The notes beneath the pieces are model-generated. The model was not told where the DNA came from and did not search any database. It saw only the letters and a program-made list of their open reading frames with translations. A stretch of 64,000 nt of DNA from an uncultured Syntrophaceae bacterium. GTDB lineage: Bacteria; Desulfobacterota; Syntrophia; Syntrophales; UBA2192. The translations under genes were made by a program, and so were the position numbers. Positions 44,849 to 53,996 of the stretch are shown in pieces. The DNA lies in NCBI GenBank assembly GCA_964628025.1, contig CAZVLL010000005.1, positions 667 through 64,666 of the forward strand, written 5' to 3'. Every line of letters begins with the position of its first letter. Position 1 is the stretch's first letter.

Positions 44849-46084
44849 TTACACGGCGCCCTTGGGGGCCGGCCGCTTGAAGCTCATGGAAACAGCGAAG
44901 CCCGCAAGCAAGAGACCCGCCGCCACGTAGAGGGCGATGCCGGGGATCTTGGAGAAGACCAGGGGACCCACGACGCCGGCGCAGGCCCAGGCCGTAAGCA
45001 TCATGCCGTAGACCTTTCCGATGTAGCCGGGACCGAAGGAGTCGGCCGTGAAGGGGGGCATTGTGGCAAACCCGCCGCCGTAGCAGGCCAGCAGGTAGCA
45101 TGCAACGATGCTGAACAGGATCACATTGCCGATCTGGGGCAGCAGGACATACAGGGCGGCCTGTGAAATGAACATGACCATGAAGACCATCCTTCGGCCG
45201 ATCTTGTCGGAAAGCGACGCCCAGAAAAGGCGCCCCAAGCCGTTAAAGATCGAGGCGATGGCGAGAATGGTTCCGCCCTGGATGGCAAGTTCCGCCGCGT
45301 CGATACCGGGCGATGTCTTCCGAATCACGTCCTGTGCCATCGGTGAAAGCTGGGAGATGAGCCCGAGGCCGGCGGACACGTTCAGAAACAGCATGCCCCA
45401 CAGCATCCACCACTGCGGTCTCCGGACGGCTTCCCCGAAGTTGAAGGAGTCGGAAGCCGATATGGCCGTTGAAGGAGGCGTCCACCCCGCGGGGGTCCAT
45501 CCCTTCGGGGGATTCTTGTAGAACTGGGCCGCACCCGTGACAACGACCAGGAAGATGACCCCCCAGATGTAGAAGGTCTTGGCCATCCCCATATCGTTGA
45601 CCATACCGGGGGCGATCTTGCCCATGAAGAAGGCGCCGGCGCCGAATCCCATGACGGCGAGCCCCGTGATCAGTCCGCGCTTGTCGGGGAACCAGCGGAT
45701 CAGCGTGGCAATGGGCGTCACGTAGCCGAAGCCGTTGCCGAGACCGCCGATGATGCCGAAGCCGAGGTAGAGCAGGTACAGGTTGCCCACCTGATCGGCG
45801 TACCCGGCGATCAGGGTTCCGCAACCGAAAAGGATGCCGCCGATGGTGGCCACAAATCGGGGGCCCTTCTTGTCGACGAGGGTTCCGCCGAAGGCAGCCG
45901 AGATGCCGATAACGGCCATGAGGATCATCATGGTGGCCTGAACTTCGAAGTCACTCCATCCATGAACGGTCATCAGGGGCTTCTTGAAGACAGACCATGC
46001 ATAGACGGTCCCCAGGCAGAGCTGCATGATGATGGCAGCCCCGGCGATCAACCAGCGTTTGCTTTCCAGATTTTCCTGACTCAT
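44849..46084 (-). CDS. MFS transporter, oxalate/formate antiporter (OFA)-like family
   Basis: 411 aa with 12 predicted TM segments. The N-terminus is RWLIAGAAIIMQLCLGTVYAWSVF, and FPDKRGLITGLAVMGFGAGA is typical of OFA-family members. Confidence 0.75.
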   Translation of the reverse strand: MSQENLESKRWLIAGAAIIMQLCLGTVYAWSVFKKPLMTVHGWSDFEVQATMMILMAVIGISAAFGGTLVDKKGPRFVATIGGILFGCGTLIAGYADQVGNLYLLYLGFGIIGGLGNGFGYVTPIATLIRWFPDKRGLITGLAVMGFGAGAFFMGKIAPGMVNDMGMAKTFYIWGVIFLVVVTGAAQFYKNPPKGWTPAGWTPPSTAISASDSFNFGEAVRRPQWWMLWGMLFLNVSAGLGLISQLSPMAQDVIRKTSPGIDAAELAIQGGTILAIASIFNGLGRLFWASLSDKIGRRMVFMVMFISQAALYVLLPQIGNVILFSIVACYLLACYGGGFATMPPFTADSFGPGYIGKVYGMMLTAWACAGVVGPLVFSKIPGIALYVAAGLLLAGFAVSMSFKRPAPKGAV

Positions 46085-46301
46085 AGAACGATTCCTTTTT
46101 CGCTCCCCGGCTCTCCCGATACAGAACGAAGGGAACGGATCGACGATTCTTTGTTGCAGGCTTGGGTGGCGAAAGAACGTACTTGCGGCATCGGCCTCAG
46201 CGCCACTGCCCTGTTATCATTATATTTTTGCTGATATTCCGTAAACCAATTAAGGAACATACCAGAGGGGGCAAAGAAAATCAAATCCTATATTGAAAAC
46301 A

Positions 46302-48341
46302 TCAAATATCCTCTTCCTGAGGAATGATCAATTTCCGATTTACATACAACGGTTCGTCACGCTTGATCTGGTTTGCCTTCATCAGGGCCTTGCTGGTCGT
46401 GTTATGCTTTACGGCAATTTTCTCGATGGTGTCGCCCCTTTTCACAACGTAAGTCACCGTCTTTTTCTTCGGCTTGGCCGCTGCTTTCTTCTCCGTTGAC
46501 GGGTCCCTCCCCTTCTCCTTTGCTGCTATGGGTACCTTGATCTTCCGGTCGACGTAGAGAGAGTCCTTGCGCTTCATGTTGTTCAGTTTGAGAAGTTCCT
46601 CGACCGTCGTATTGTGGCGGGCCGCGATCTTTTCCAGCGTGTCGCCCTTCTTCACCTTGTAGGATACAAGTTTCTGCGCGGGCTCCACCGGCAGCTCTTC
46701 GTCGGGCTTCTCGACGGGCACCTTGAGCACACGACCGGCTACCACCGGACCCTGGGTCTTCAGGTTGTTCAGCGTCCGGATGGAGCGAACCGTTGTGTGA
46801 TGCTTCAGGGCGATCGTTTCCAGGGTATCCCCCTTTTTCACCTTGTACATCGTGAGCTCGGGGGCCGTCTTCTCCTCCGCTTTCACGGGCGGCGCCGGAA
46901 CCTTCAATTTCCTGTCGACGTAGAGAGGGTCCTTCAGCTTCATGCCGTTGAGCTTGAGGATCTCCGCCACGGTCGTGCCGTTGCGATCGGCGATTTTTTC
47001 GAGGGTGTCCCCTTTTTTCACCCGGTAATCAACGGTGCCGTTTTTCGCTGTCGCCTTCTTCTTCGAAGCCGGCAAAGACTCTTCCTCTTTTGCCTTCTCG
47101 CCGGCCCGGCCTCCATCCCGCTGACGGGGTTTTTCCGCTCTTCCTTCCGGCTTTGCGACCGCCGGGTCCGATTTTTCATCCACCCGGGCGACATGAACCG
47201 GCGCGGACGGCTGGCCCGAAGGAATAAACTTCATGACCGCTGCCGCGATCGCCCCGGCCATTTCTTCCTGGAAGGCCGGTGTCCGAAGCAGCGCCTCCTC
47301 CGTCGGGTTGGAAATGTAGGCCGTCTCGATGAGCACCGAAGGAATCTCGGGAAGTTTGAGGACACGGAACGGCGCCCCCTGAACCTGGTTGAACTTCAGG
47401 GTGTTGATTTCGGAGATGTTCCGCAGCGAAAATTGCGCGAGTTCGCGGGAACGGTTGACGGTGTTGGTCATCACCATGTCGAGGGTGATGATGTCGGATT
47501 CGTCGACGCTGTCGTCGTTGGCCCAGCCGCCGATGACATCGGAGAGATTCTCCTTGCGGGCAAGCAGCCGTGCCGCCTCGTTCGTGGCGCCCCCCGTGGA
47601 AAGCACATAGGCCGACCCGCCCCGGATCGCGCGATTGCGCACGGCATCGGCGTGGACACTGACGAAGACGTCGGCGCCGTAATCCCTGGCAATTTTGAGA
47701 CGCTTCTTGAAGGGAACGTAGTAATCCCCCGTGCGAGTCAGAAATGCCCGATACCCTTCGCGCTTGTTGATCTGGTCATGGAGTTTTTTTGCGATCTTGA
47801 GGACAACGTCCTTCTCGCGAGTGCCCATCTTTCCGATGGCGCCGGGGTCTTCCCCGCCGTGTCCCGCGTCGACGATGACGATCCGCGCCTTCTGGAGTTT
47901 TTTCACCTGCTGCCGGCTGAGGCTTTCCTTCTCCTCGACTTCGGGAAATTGCAGGTCCACGACGATCCGATTCGGTTTGTCCTGGAACTTCTTGAGCTTG
48001 AATACCCGCGCCTCCAGGTCCATCGACAGGGTTAACTCGATACGGACGCTTTCGTCGGGCAGAGTGACAACATCGATCTTTTCGATCCCGGGCTTGTTCA
48101 GGAAGCTCTGGAGCGGTACGTCTTCAAGCACATCGGCGTTCTTCACCGTCAGGGTGATCCGGCGGCCGTCTTTTGACACGGTGTACGTCGCCTCGGCACT
48201 TGTGTCGATGACGACCCGCGTATAGTCCGGCGCGGCCCAGTAACGGATGTTGGAGACATAGAGGAGCCCGAAGGCAGGGGACGCCAGAAACCCCGTCAGG
48301 AGGAGGATTGCGGGCAGGATCATTCCGAAACGTTTGGTCAT
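46302..48341 (-). CDS. N-acetylmuramoyl-L-alanine amidase (AMIN + Amidase_3) with four C-terminal LysM repeats
   Basis: ATG at 48341. IVIVDAGHGGEDPGAIG...VSVHADA is the Amidase_3 core. There are four copies of Y(R/K)VKKGDTLE(K/T)IA...H(N/H)TTV...L..LN LysM units. Confidence 0.85.
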   Translation of the reverse strand: MTKRFGMILPAILLLTGFLASPAFGLLYVSNIRYWAAPDYTRVVIDTSAEATYTVSKDGRRITLTVKNADVLEDVPLQSFLNKPGIEKIDVVTLPDESVRIELTLSMDLEARVFKLKKFQDKPNRIVVDLQFPEVEEKESLSRQQVKKLQKARIVIVDAGHGGEDPGAIGKMGTREKDVVLKIAKKLHDQINKREGYRAFLTRTGDYYVPFKKRLKIARDYGADVFVSVHADAVRNRAIRGGSAYVLSTGGATNEAARLLARKENLSDVIGGWANDDSVDESDIITLDMVMTNTVNRSRELAQFSLRNISEINTLKFNQVQGAPFRVLKLPEIPSVLIETAYISNPTEEALLRTPAFQEEMAGAIAAAVMKFIPSGQPSAPVHVARVDEKSDPAVAKPEGRAEKPRQRDGGRAGEKAKEEESLPASKKKATAKNGTVDYRVKKGDTLEKIADRNGTTVAEILKLNGMKLKDPLYVDRKLKVPAPPVKAEEKTAPELTMYKVKKGDTLETIALKHHTTVRSIRTLNNLKTQGPVVAGRVLKVPVEKPDEELPVEPAQKLVSYKVKKGDTLEKIAARHNTTVEELLKLNNMKRKDSLYVDRKIKVPIAAKEKGRDPSTEKKAAAKPKKKTVTYVVKRGDTIEKIAVKHNTTSKALMKANQIKRDEPLYVNRKLIIPQEEDI

Positions 48342-48476
48342 TTTGAAATCAGCGCGCCTCAAGAGTGCCGAATCTATCAGATTTCCGCCGATTCCACAAC
48401 GACGGTGTTCAGAAAATCTGTTGACAGAATTCCCTCAAAGTGCCATTTACACATGCACTTTTCACAGGAGCCGACG

Positions 48477-49340
48477 ATGCTGATCCGGGATTTATTCGAT
48501 CAAAAAAAGAGGACGCTTTCCTTCGAGGTATTCCCGCCCGTGCGGGAAGGAAACCTGGAGAGCCTCTTCCAGACCATCTCCGAGCTGAAGGAGCTCAAGC
48601 CGGACTTCATCTCCGTCACCTACGGCGCCGGCGGGGGGACGCGGGACAAGACCATCGAGATCGCCTCGCGCGTGAAAACCGAGATCGGAAGTGAAGCCCT
48701 TGCCCACCTCACCTGTGTGGCCGCGACCAGAGAAGACATCGCCCGGATCGTCGGGGACATGAAGGAACAGCACATCGAGAACATCCTGGCCCTGCGGGGC
48801 GATCCCCCCAAAGGGGAGTCAACCTTCGTGAAGCCCGCAGGGGGCTTCGGATTCGCCAGCGAGCTCGTCGCGTTCATCAAGGAACACAACGGCTTCTCCA
48901 TCGGCGTGGCGGGCTACCCCGAGGGGCACCCCGAGGCGTCGAGCTTCGACGACGACATGAAGAACCTGAAGCGCAAGGTGGATGCCGGGGCCGATTTCAT
49001 CGTCACGCAGCTCTTTTTCAACAATGACGATTTCTACCGGTTCCGGGACCGGGCGCTGGCACTGAAAATCGGGGTGCCCATCATCCCCGGAATCTTTCCG
49101 ATTCTCAACTACAAGCAGATCCTGCGCGTCACCGAGCTGTGCGGGGCGAAGATCCCCTCGGCGCTGGGAGAGAAACTGTGCCGTCTCAAGGACAAGCCCG
49201 AGGCCATAGAGAAGTACGGCATCGAGTACGCCCAGAAGCAGGCCGATGACCTCCTCCGCAACGAGGTCCACGGCCTCCACATCTGCACGATGAACCAGAG
49301 TCGCGCAGCCCGGCGTATCGTCCGGGAACTGGGGCTGTAA
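48477..49340 (+). CDS. metF: methylenetetrahydrofolate reductase
   Basis: ATG at 48477 follows AGGAG. SFEVFPP...FISVTYGAGGGTR...HLTC...ALRGDPP...DFIVTQLFF are MetF family motifs. Confidence 0.85.
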   Translation: MLIRDLFDQKKRTLSFEVFPPVREGNLESLFQTISELKELKPDFISVTYGAGGGTRDKTIEIASRVKTEIGSEALAHLTCVAATREDIARIVGDMKEQHIENILALRGDPPKGESTFVKPAGGFGFASELVAFIKEHNGFSIGVAGYPEGHPEASSFDDDMKNLKRKVDAGADFIVTQLFFNNDDFYRFRDRALALKIGVPIIPGIFPILNYKQILRVTELCGAKIPSALGEKLCRLKDKPEAIEKYGIEYAQKQADDLLRNEVHGLHICTMNQSRAARRIVRELGL

Positions 49341-49490
49341 AAAACATTGGATTTTTTCGATCCCGACGTTATAATGAATCTCAACCTGCCCGGGGATCGA
49401 AGCCCCGGGCATTGCCAATCTTATCGTCACAGAAGAAGAAAAGGGAACGGTCATGCCGGACCTGATCCGGCAACCAGTCCACAAAAAATG

Positions 49491-49531
49491 CGGGCGGTTA
49501 GCTCAGTAGGATAGAGCGTTGGTCTCCGGAA
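49491..49531 (+). repeat. attL: orphan copy of the 5' half of tRNA-Arg(CCG) (41-bp direct repeat)
   Basis: CGGGCGGTTAGCTCAGTAGGATAGAGCGTTGGTCTCCGGAA is identical to 59405-59445. Identity ends inside the anticodon loop, and no tRNA 3' half follows. Confidence 0.9.
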
Positions 49532-49662
49532 ACGATAAGGGCCAGCGCTCTATTTTTATATAATCATAGACATATTGCCGATTTTCCTATCTTTTTATCA
49601 TTTCCAGATTGTCACTCCATAACACTCCATTCATCAGGAAAACACCCTTTTCGCCTCTCAAA

Positions 49663-49681
49663 TCACACGAGTTTTCACACG
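49663..49681 (+). repeat. 19-bp repeat TCACACGAGTTTTCACACG (left copy), candidate integrase arm-type site
   Basis: It is identical to 59334-59352, in the same orientation, near both ends of the island. Confidence 0.6.
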
Positions 49682-49745
49682 CCACCCTCCTACGATTGGT
49701 ATTTGAATATATCTACGTTGGTGTTTATTTTTTTTCATTTAGGTA

Positions 49746-49773
49746 TTGACAAGAAAAAAATAAGGACTATACT
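49746..49773 (+). promoter_or_regulatory. sigma70-type promoter of the island's leftmost operon
   Basis: TTGACA (49746-49751), a 16-nt spacer, then TATACT (49768-49773), about 25 nt upstream of AGGAGG-ATG at 49798. Confidence 0.5.
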
Positions 49774-49797
49774 AGATATAGATTCAGGAGGTGAGAC

Positions 49798-50193
49798 ATG
49801 AAACGAGATAGTCAAATTCAGATCAAGATCAGCACGAAGGAAAAAGACCTCCTGGAACGTTTAGCAAAAGATAGGGGTTTGTCCTTGTCGGAGTTAATGC
49901 GGCGCGGTGGGTGGCTTCTGGGGATGCTCGACGAGAAGGTTTTTCACTACATGGAAGATATGAGTAAACGCCTGAATGTGCCCGAGGACGCCGTCATTTC
50001 GAATACGATCATTCGCCGCCTTGCCGAGGATGCTGCGACTGCGGAAGTCTATCCTTGTGACAATCTCTTAATTGAATTCCCAATGACTCAGCAGGGCGTG
50101 ATGATCGGGGCGCGGCTGTTTGAAATGATCAGGGATAATAAATTGAGGCAACTAAAAAATGCGGAAGGTACAGCGAAAAGTCGCGCACGGTAG
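49798..50193 (+). CDS. ribbon-helix-helix domain protein (putative island regulator)
   Basis: 131 aa. QIKISTKEKDLLERLAKDRGLSLSELMRR fits the RHH beta-strand/helix/helix pattern. Confidence 0.5.
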   Translation: MKRDSQIQIKISTKEKDLLERLAKDRGLSLSELMRRGGWLLGMLDEKVFHYMEDMSKRLNVPEDAVISNTIIRRLAEDAATAEVYPCDNLLIEFPMTQQGVMIGARLFEMIRDNKLRQLKNAEGTAKSRAR

Positions 50194-50206
50194 CAAAGGG
50201 GGGGAT

Positions 50207-50464
50207 ATGAACAAGAAGTCGGATCAAAGGAACAAAATCCAATCTCTAAAGAAAATGCAGAAAGATATGAATGAGATCATCGAGAACAAGATTAATGAGC
50301 ACAGGGCTAATTTATTTGAACAGGAACAATCAACAGCAGGAACGGAAGCTAAAATCACAAACAAGAAGTACAATAAAACGGATTCATTGGCAATTGATAA
50401 AGCCATGACTGCATTTGAAGAATCCGGCGGCATTACATCAAAGCGGGGGAAAAATGGAAAATAA
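50207..50464 (+). CDS. hypothetical protein (K/E/N-rich)
   Basis: ATG at 50207 follows AAGGGGGGG. 85 aa. No family was recognised. Confidence 0.4.
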   Translation: MNKKSDQRNKIQSLKKMQKDMNEIIENKINEHRANLFEQEQSTAGTEAKITNKKYNKTDSLAIDKAMTAFEESGGITSKRGKNGK

Positions 50465-50639
50465 ATTCTTCAAAAGACAAACGCTACCGGTGATTGAAAT
50501 GGATACCAGCGAAGGAAAAATCTTAACTCCCTGCGGACAAATGCGATTGATTTTGAAGGACGAGGCCAGCGGAAAAATCTATGTCGTGGGCCGCACTCCT
50601 CGCGGGGGCCTTCAGATGATCGGGGCCGAGTCAACGTAA
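50454..50639 (+). CDS. hypothetical small protein
   Basis: ATG at 50454 (MENKFFKRQTLPV...) overlaps the end of the previous ORF. 61 aa. Confidence 0.35.
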   Translation: MENKFFKRQTLPVIEMDTSEGKILTPCGQMRLILKDEASGKIYVVGRTPRGGLQMIGAEST

Positions 50640-50690
50640 TTTCCCCCAAGGGGGAAAAGATAACCGAATAGCGATCACAGGCAAAGCCGA

Positions 50691-50732
50691 AAGCCAGCCG
50701 ATGCACCTGAGTGGTGCGGGCTGGCTTTTTTT
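50691..50732 (+). terminator. intrinsic terminator inside the island
   Basis: The outer stem AAGCCAGCC...GGCTGGCTT encloses an inner GCACC...GGTGC stem and is followed by TTTTTT. Confidence 0.6.
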
Positions 50733-50746
50733 ATTGAGGTGAAAAG

Positions 50747-50944
50747 ATGGTGCTCTGGAACATCAGGAAGGTTTCCGAACGATTGCAACGGACTGAGGGG
50801 GCCGTCAGGAACATGGTCTTGCGTCGGCAGATCCCGTTCCGCAAGGTATCGGGCCGCTTGATGTTCATCGAACACGAAATCGAAACATGGATCAACAACT
50901 CGCCGGGAGTCACGTTGGATCAACTTAGGAAGGAACGAAGCTAG
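50747..50944 (+). CDS. excisionase/AlpA-like helix-turn-helix DNA-binding protein
   Basis: 65 aa. IRKVSERLQRTEGAVRNMVLRRQIPFRKVSGRLMFIEHEIETWI is the HTH_17/excisionase-family pattern. Confidence 0.6.
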   Translation: MVLWNIRKVSERLQRTEGAVRNMVLRRQIPFRKVSGRLMFIEHEIETWINNSPGVTLDQLRKERS

Positions 50945-50956
50945 GAGCCACAGACC

Positions 50957-52594
50957 ATGCTGAAAGCCGCGCAGGAGTATGTAGAGCAAAAGATCAATAT
51001 CGTCCCTTTCACCTTCATCCCCACAGAGGACGGCAAGGGCCGAAAGGTCCCGACAATATCCTGGACGCCCTATCAAACGCAGTGGGCCACAAACGAAGAG
51101 ATCGTGAAGTGGTTCTCCGGAAAGAAGCCCGCCACGATGCTGGGAGCCGTCACGGGCCAAATGTCAGACCTCGTCACCGTAGACGTGGACACTGACGAAG
51201 GCCGACAGGCGATTGAAGAGTACATCCCCGACAACCTAGAGATCCCGACCTTCACGACGCCATCTGGCGGGTATCAGATGTGCTTCCGGGCGCCGACAGA
51301 GAAGATCCCCGGCAGTGTCAGGTTCTTGCCGGGTGTCGATTATCGAGGAGAGAAGAGCCTCGCCATCCTGCCGCCATCCAGCAACATCAAGGGCAAATAT
51401 GTCTGGATCGAGGGTTGCCCGCCGCTCACTGAGCGCCCGGAACTGCCGCACGCCATACTTTCCCTCTTATTAAAGAATGTTAATTTTTACTCTTATAAGG
51501 CTTGTCACGGTTTTGTCACGCCCGATGCCGAAACGGGAAAAATGTTCGAGCTCGGAAGGCGGGATAATGACCTCTTCCACGTTGCAAACTACCTCGCAAA
51601 AAGCAGGATGCCGGAAACCGAGATTGTGCAAGTGCTTGAAATGCTTGTGCAAGGCTGGGGAGAAAAACCGGACCCGAAGTGGATTTCCACCAAAGTGGAA
51701 AGCGCCCTCAAGCGTGCGGAGACACGAGACCGAAACCTGACACAAGACGTGCGGGAATGGGTGAGCGTGACAAACGGTGACTTTTCCGTGACAGACTGCG
51801 TCCTTTCGTTACGAGGCGGGGCAACCGTGACAAACCGTGACACCATACGGCAGATCCTGCACAGGCTATGGAAGGACGGTGTCACAGAGAAGGCAGGCAC
51901 GAAGGACGGTGTCTACCGTCGCGTCGAAACCGACATCGAGATCATGGACATCTTCAACGCGCCCACCGATGAGTTTGAACTGTTCTTGCCCTTGGGCGTT
52001 CATCAGCTCTGCAAGATTTATCCGGGGAACATCATCGTCGTCGCCGGGAGCAAGAGCGCAGGGAAAACGGCCTACCTGTTGAACCTCGTGAAAGAGAACA
52101 TGAAAGAGTATCCCATCGACTACATCAACTCGGAGATGGGCGAAACAGAATTCAGAAATCGACTTGAACTTTTCCAGGACATCAAGAACGTGCATGACTG
52201 GAAGCTTCGGCCGATTCGTAGAACGCATGACTGGTGGGATCTGATCACAAAGGAAAAAAAGATTTTTGTCATCGACTACATCGAGCCACCCGAGGACAGG
52301 ATCTACATGATCGGCTCCTACCTGCGGAAGATCCACGAGAAGCTCGGCGAAGGCATCGCCGTTGTCGGCCTGCAAAAGCGCCAGGGGCGTGACACGGGCC
52401 ACGGCGACAGCTTCAGCATGGAGAAGGCCCGCCTTTACCTTGCCCTCGACTACGATCCCGCAAACCGTATCAACCGGATCAAGATTGTGGACGCGAAGTC
52501 TTGGCGCACGGCTGAGAATCCACGAGGAAAGGTCCGTGAATATAAGTTGATCAATGGTTCAACGTACGCACCACAAAACGCATGGCACTACTAG
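50957..52594 (+). CDS. bifunctional primase-polymerase (Prim-Pol) fused to a P-loop/RecA-like helicase domain
   Basis: 545 aa. The Prim-Pol N-domain motifs are LVTVDVDTDEG, TPSGGYQMCF and GVDYRGEKSLAILPPS. The C-terminal domain has Walker A (AGSKSAGKTAYLLN) and a Walker B-like segment (KIFVIDYIE). Confidence 0.75.
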   Translation: MLKAAQEYVEQKINIVPFTFIPTEDGKGRKVPTISWTPYQTQWATNEEIVKWFSGKKPATMLGAVTGQMSDLVTVDVDTDEGRQAIEEYIPDNLEIPTFTTPSGGYQMCFRAPTEKIPGSVRFLPGVDYRGEKSLAILPPSSNIKGKYVWIEGCPPLTERPELPHAILSLLLKNVNFYSYKACHGFVTPDAETGKMFELGRRDNDLFHVANYLAKSRMPETEIVQVLEMLVQGWGEKPDPKWISTKVESALKRAETRDRNLTQDVREWVSVTNGDFSVTDCVLSLRGGATVTNRDTIRQILHRLWKDGVTEKAGTKDGVYRRVETDIEIMDIFNAPTDEFELFLPLGVHQLCKIYPGNIIVVAGSKSAGKTAYLLNLVKENMKEYPIDYINSEMGETEFRNRLELFQDIKNVHDWKLRPIRRTHDWWDLITKEKKIFVIDYIEPPEDRIYMIGSYLRKIHEKLGEGIAVVGLQKRQGRDTGHGDSFSMEKARLYLALDYDPANRINRIKIVDAKSWRTAENPRGKVREYKLINGSTYAPQNAWHY

Positions 52595-52607
52595 CTAGGA
52601 GGGACAC

Positions 52608-52877
52608 ATGAAGACCATGGACTTTCTGAACTGCTTTGAAGCATCGACACAGATTGGGCGAGTACGATTCAATGATGAAGCATCCAGCATCTTCATTCAG
52701 GTGAATCCGCACTACGAGTATGACATCGACCTTGAGCGATGCAGGACAGCGGCACAGGCGCTTGATTGGATTCATCAGGTCTGCGTTGACAAGAACTGGG
52801 GCAAGGAAGTGAGCAACGACCTGTTGCAGATGATGTTCATTGTAATACCCAGCACCTTATGGAGTGGAAAAGCATGA
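52608..52877 (+). CDS. hypothetical protein
   Basis: 89-aa ORF beginning 13 nt after the primase stop, with GGAGGGA upstream. No family was recognised. Confidence 0.45.
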   Translation: MKTMDFLNCFEASTQIGRVRFNDEASSIFIQVNPHYEYDIDLERCRTAAQALDWIHQVCVDKNWGKEVSNDLLQMMFIVIPSTLWSGKA

Positions 52878-53083
52878 AAGACATCACAGGAGCACTTCTG
52901 ATCGAGGCGGGAAACAAGATCGAAGAACTGGCAAAGATCATCGGCACCATCAGAGGCCATGGAGACTACGAGTCCGTGGCGCTGCTGTCGTATCAACTAG
53001 GGCAACTATCGCTTAAAGCGATGGAGGGAATACAGCTGATGTACGCGAAGGAGCTCGACCTCAAGGACATCATCAAGCAGTGA
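52874..53083 (+). CDS. hypothetical helical protein
   Basis: ATG at 52874 overlaps the previous stop (ATGA). 69 aa. Confidence 0.4.
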   Translation: MKDITGALLIEAGNKIEELAKIIGTIRGHGDYESVALLSYQLGQLSLKAMEGIQLMYAKELDLKDIIKQ

Positions 53084-53229
53084 CCCGGAACAATTACTTA
53101 ATAAGTGCTAATAATATCAATGTGTTAGTGGGGGCGGGATAGTTTCTTTCCGACTCTTGAAGGAAAACCGCAGCTTCGGCTCGTGTACATCGCCGCGAAA
53201 AAATTTGCTTTTAAAAAAACCGAGGACAG

Positions 53230-53541
53230 ATGAAAGCACCGACAAAAGCACCGATAGACCTGACAGTGGCAGCGAGACGCATTTTCAGGGAGATGGTGGA
53301 CGAGTACGCGATCAGAGATACTGGCGGGCTCAAGATCCTACACGCGGGCTTGACGGCCTGGGACCGGGCCGAGGCCGCCAGGGACCAGATTAAAAAAGAC
53401 GGGATGCTCGTCCCAGATCGTTTCGGAATTCAAAAACCCCACGGATTGCTCTCCGCAGAGCGAGACGCAAGGGCTCAGTGGCTTCAGGCGTTGAAACTGC
53501 TGAACCTTAACATAGGAGGCCACGATGAAGCGGAACGCTAA
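53230..53541 (+). CDS. phage terminase small subunit, P27-family-like
   Basis: 103 aa. The pattern AARRIFREMVDEY...LHAGLTAWDRAEAARDQIKKDGMLVPDRFGIQKPHGLL resembles Terminase_4 (P27) proteins. It is preceded by an AT-rich 146-bp intergenic region. Confidence 0.5.
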   Translation: MKAPTKAPIDLTVAARRIFREMVDEYAIRDTGGLKILHAGLTAWDRAEAARDQIKKDGMLVPDRFGIQKPHGLLSAERDARAQWLQALKLLNLNIGGHDEAER

Positions 53542-53794
53542 GAGCACGACCAGAACGGCCGGATTCGAAAAGCTCGATGCGGGCATCCAGTGTTGGCTCA
53601 GGGACAAGCACGAGGACTTGCGCCACGGTGACGCGACCATCTTTATGATGGACGGATTTGAGGATGACTTCCGCAAGTGGTTTGCTCTTCATCGAAGAGG
53701 CGAAGAATTCCTGCACCCGTATCAATGGTGGCTTGCGCGGGAGAAGGGGGCGCAAAAAGAGCTTGACGAGGATAGTGATAATGGTAAGCAGTAG
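53525..53794 (+). CDS. hypothetical protein
   Basis: 89-aa ORF overlapping the terS-like 3' end. No family was recognised. Confidence 0.4.
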   Translation: MKRNAKSTTRTAGFEKLDAGIQCWLRDKHEDLRHGDATIFMMDGFEDDFRKWFALHRRGEEFLHPYQWWLAREKGAQKELDEDSDNGKQ

Positions 53795-53996
53795 AATATA
53801 CGACGTTGCGTTGCTCGCGTTTCGCCCTTGTTGGCCGAGTTTCGGCAGGGATACGAAAAGGCGGGCGTGGTTTTGCATCGGGCCGAGCTTCCGAGGCGTG
53901 CCACAGCGGAATGGTGAACCCATACCCTGAGGCGCGCCTTTTTTATTGTGCGGTATCAGGGAAAACAAACGCGAAGGCAAAGGACCGAAAAAGAAA

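Noticed and set aside
43704-45101. 408-aa + strand ORF (43704-44930) and 212-aa minus-strand ORF (44463-45101)
   Set aside because: These are alternative frames of fdhA and the MFS gene with extreme Arg/Pro/Gly content. They cross a strong terminator.
46320-47050. Periodic DNA similarity that might suggest a repeat array
   Set aside because: It is explained by the four LysM domains of the amidase. There are no spacer-repeat units, and no CRISPR-like array exists anywhere in the window.
46614-48035. 473-aa + strand ORF
   Set aside because: It is antisense to the AMIN/Amidase_3/LysM amidase gene.
48421-48455. TTGACA box upstream of metF as a promoter
   Set aside because: The -35 hexamer is perfect, but the best -10 candidate at 17-nt spacing (CATTTA) is weak. 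That is too uncertain to list as a feature.
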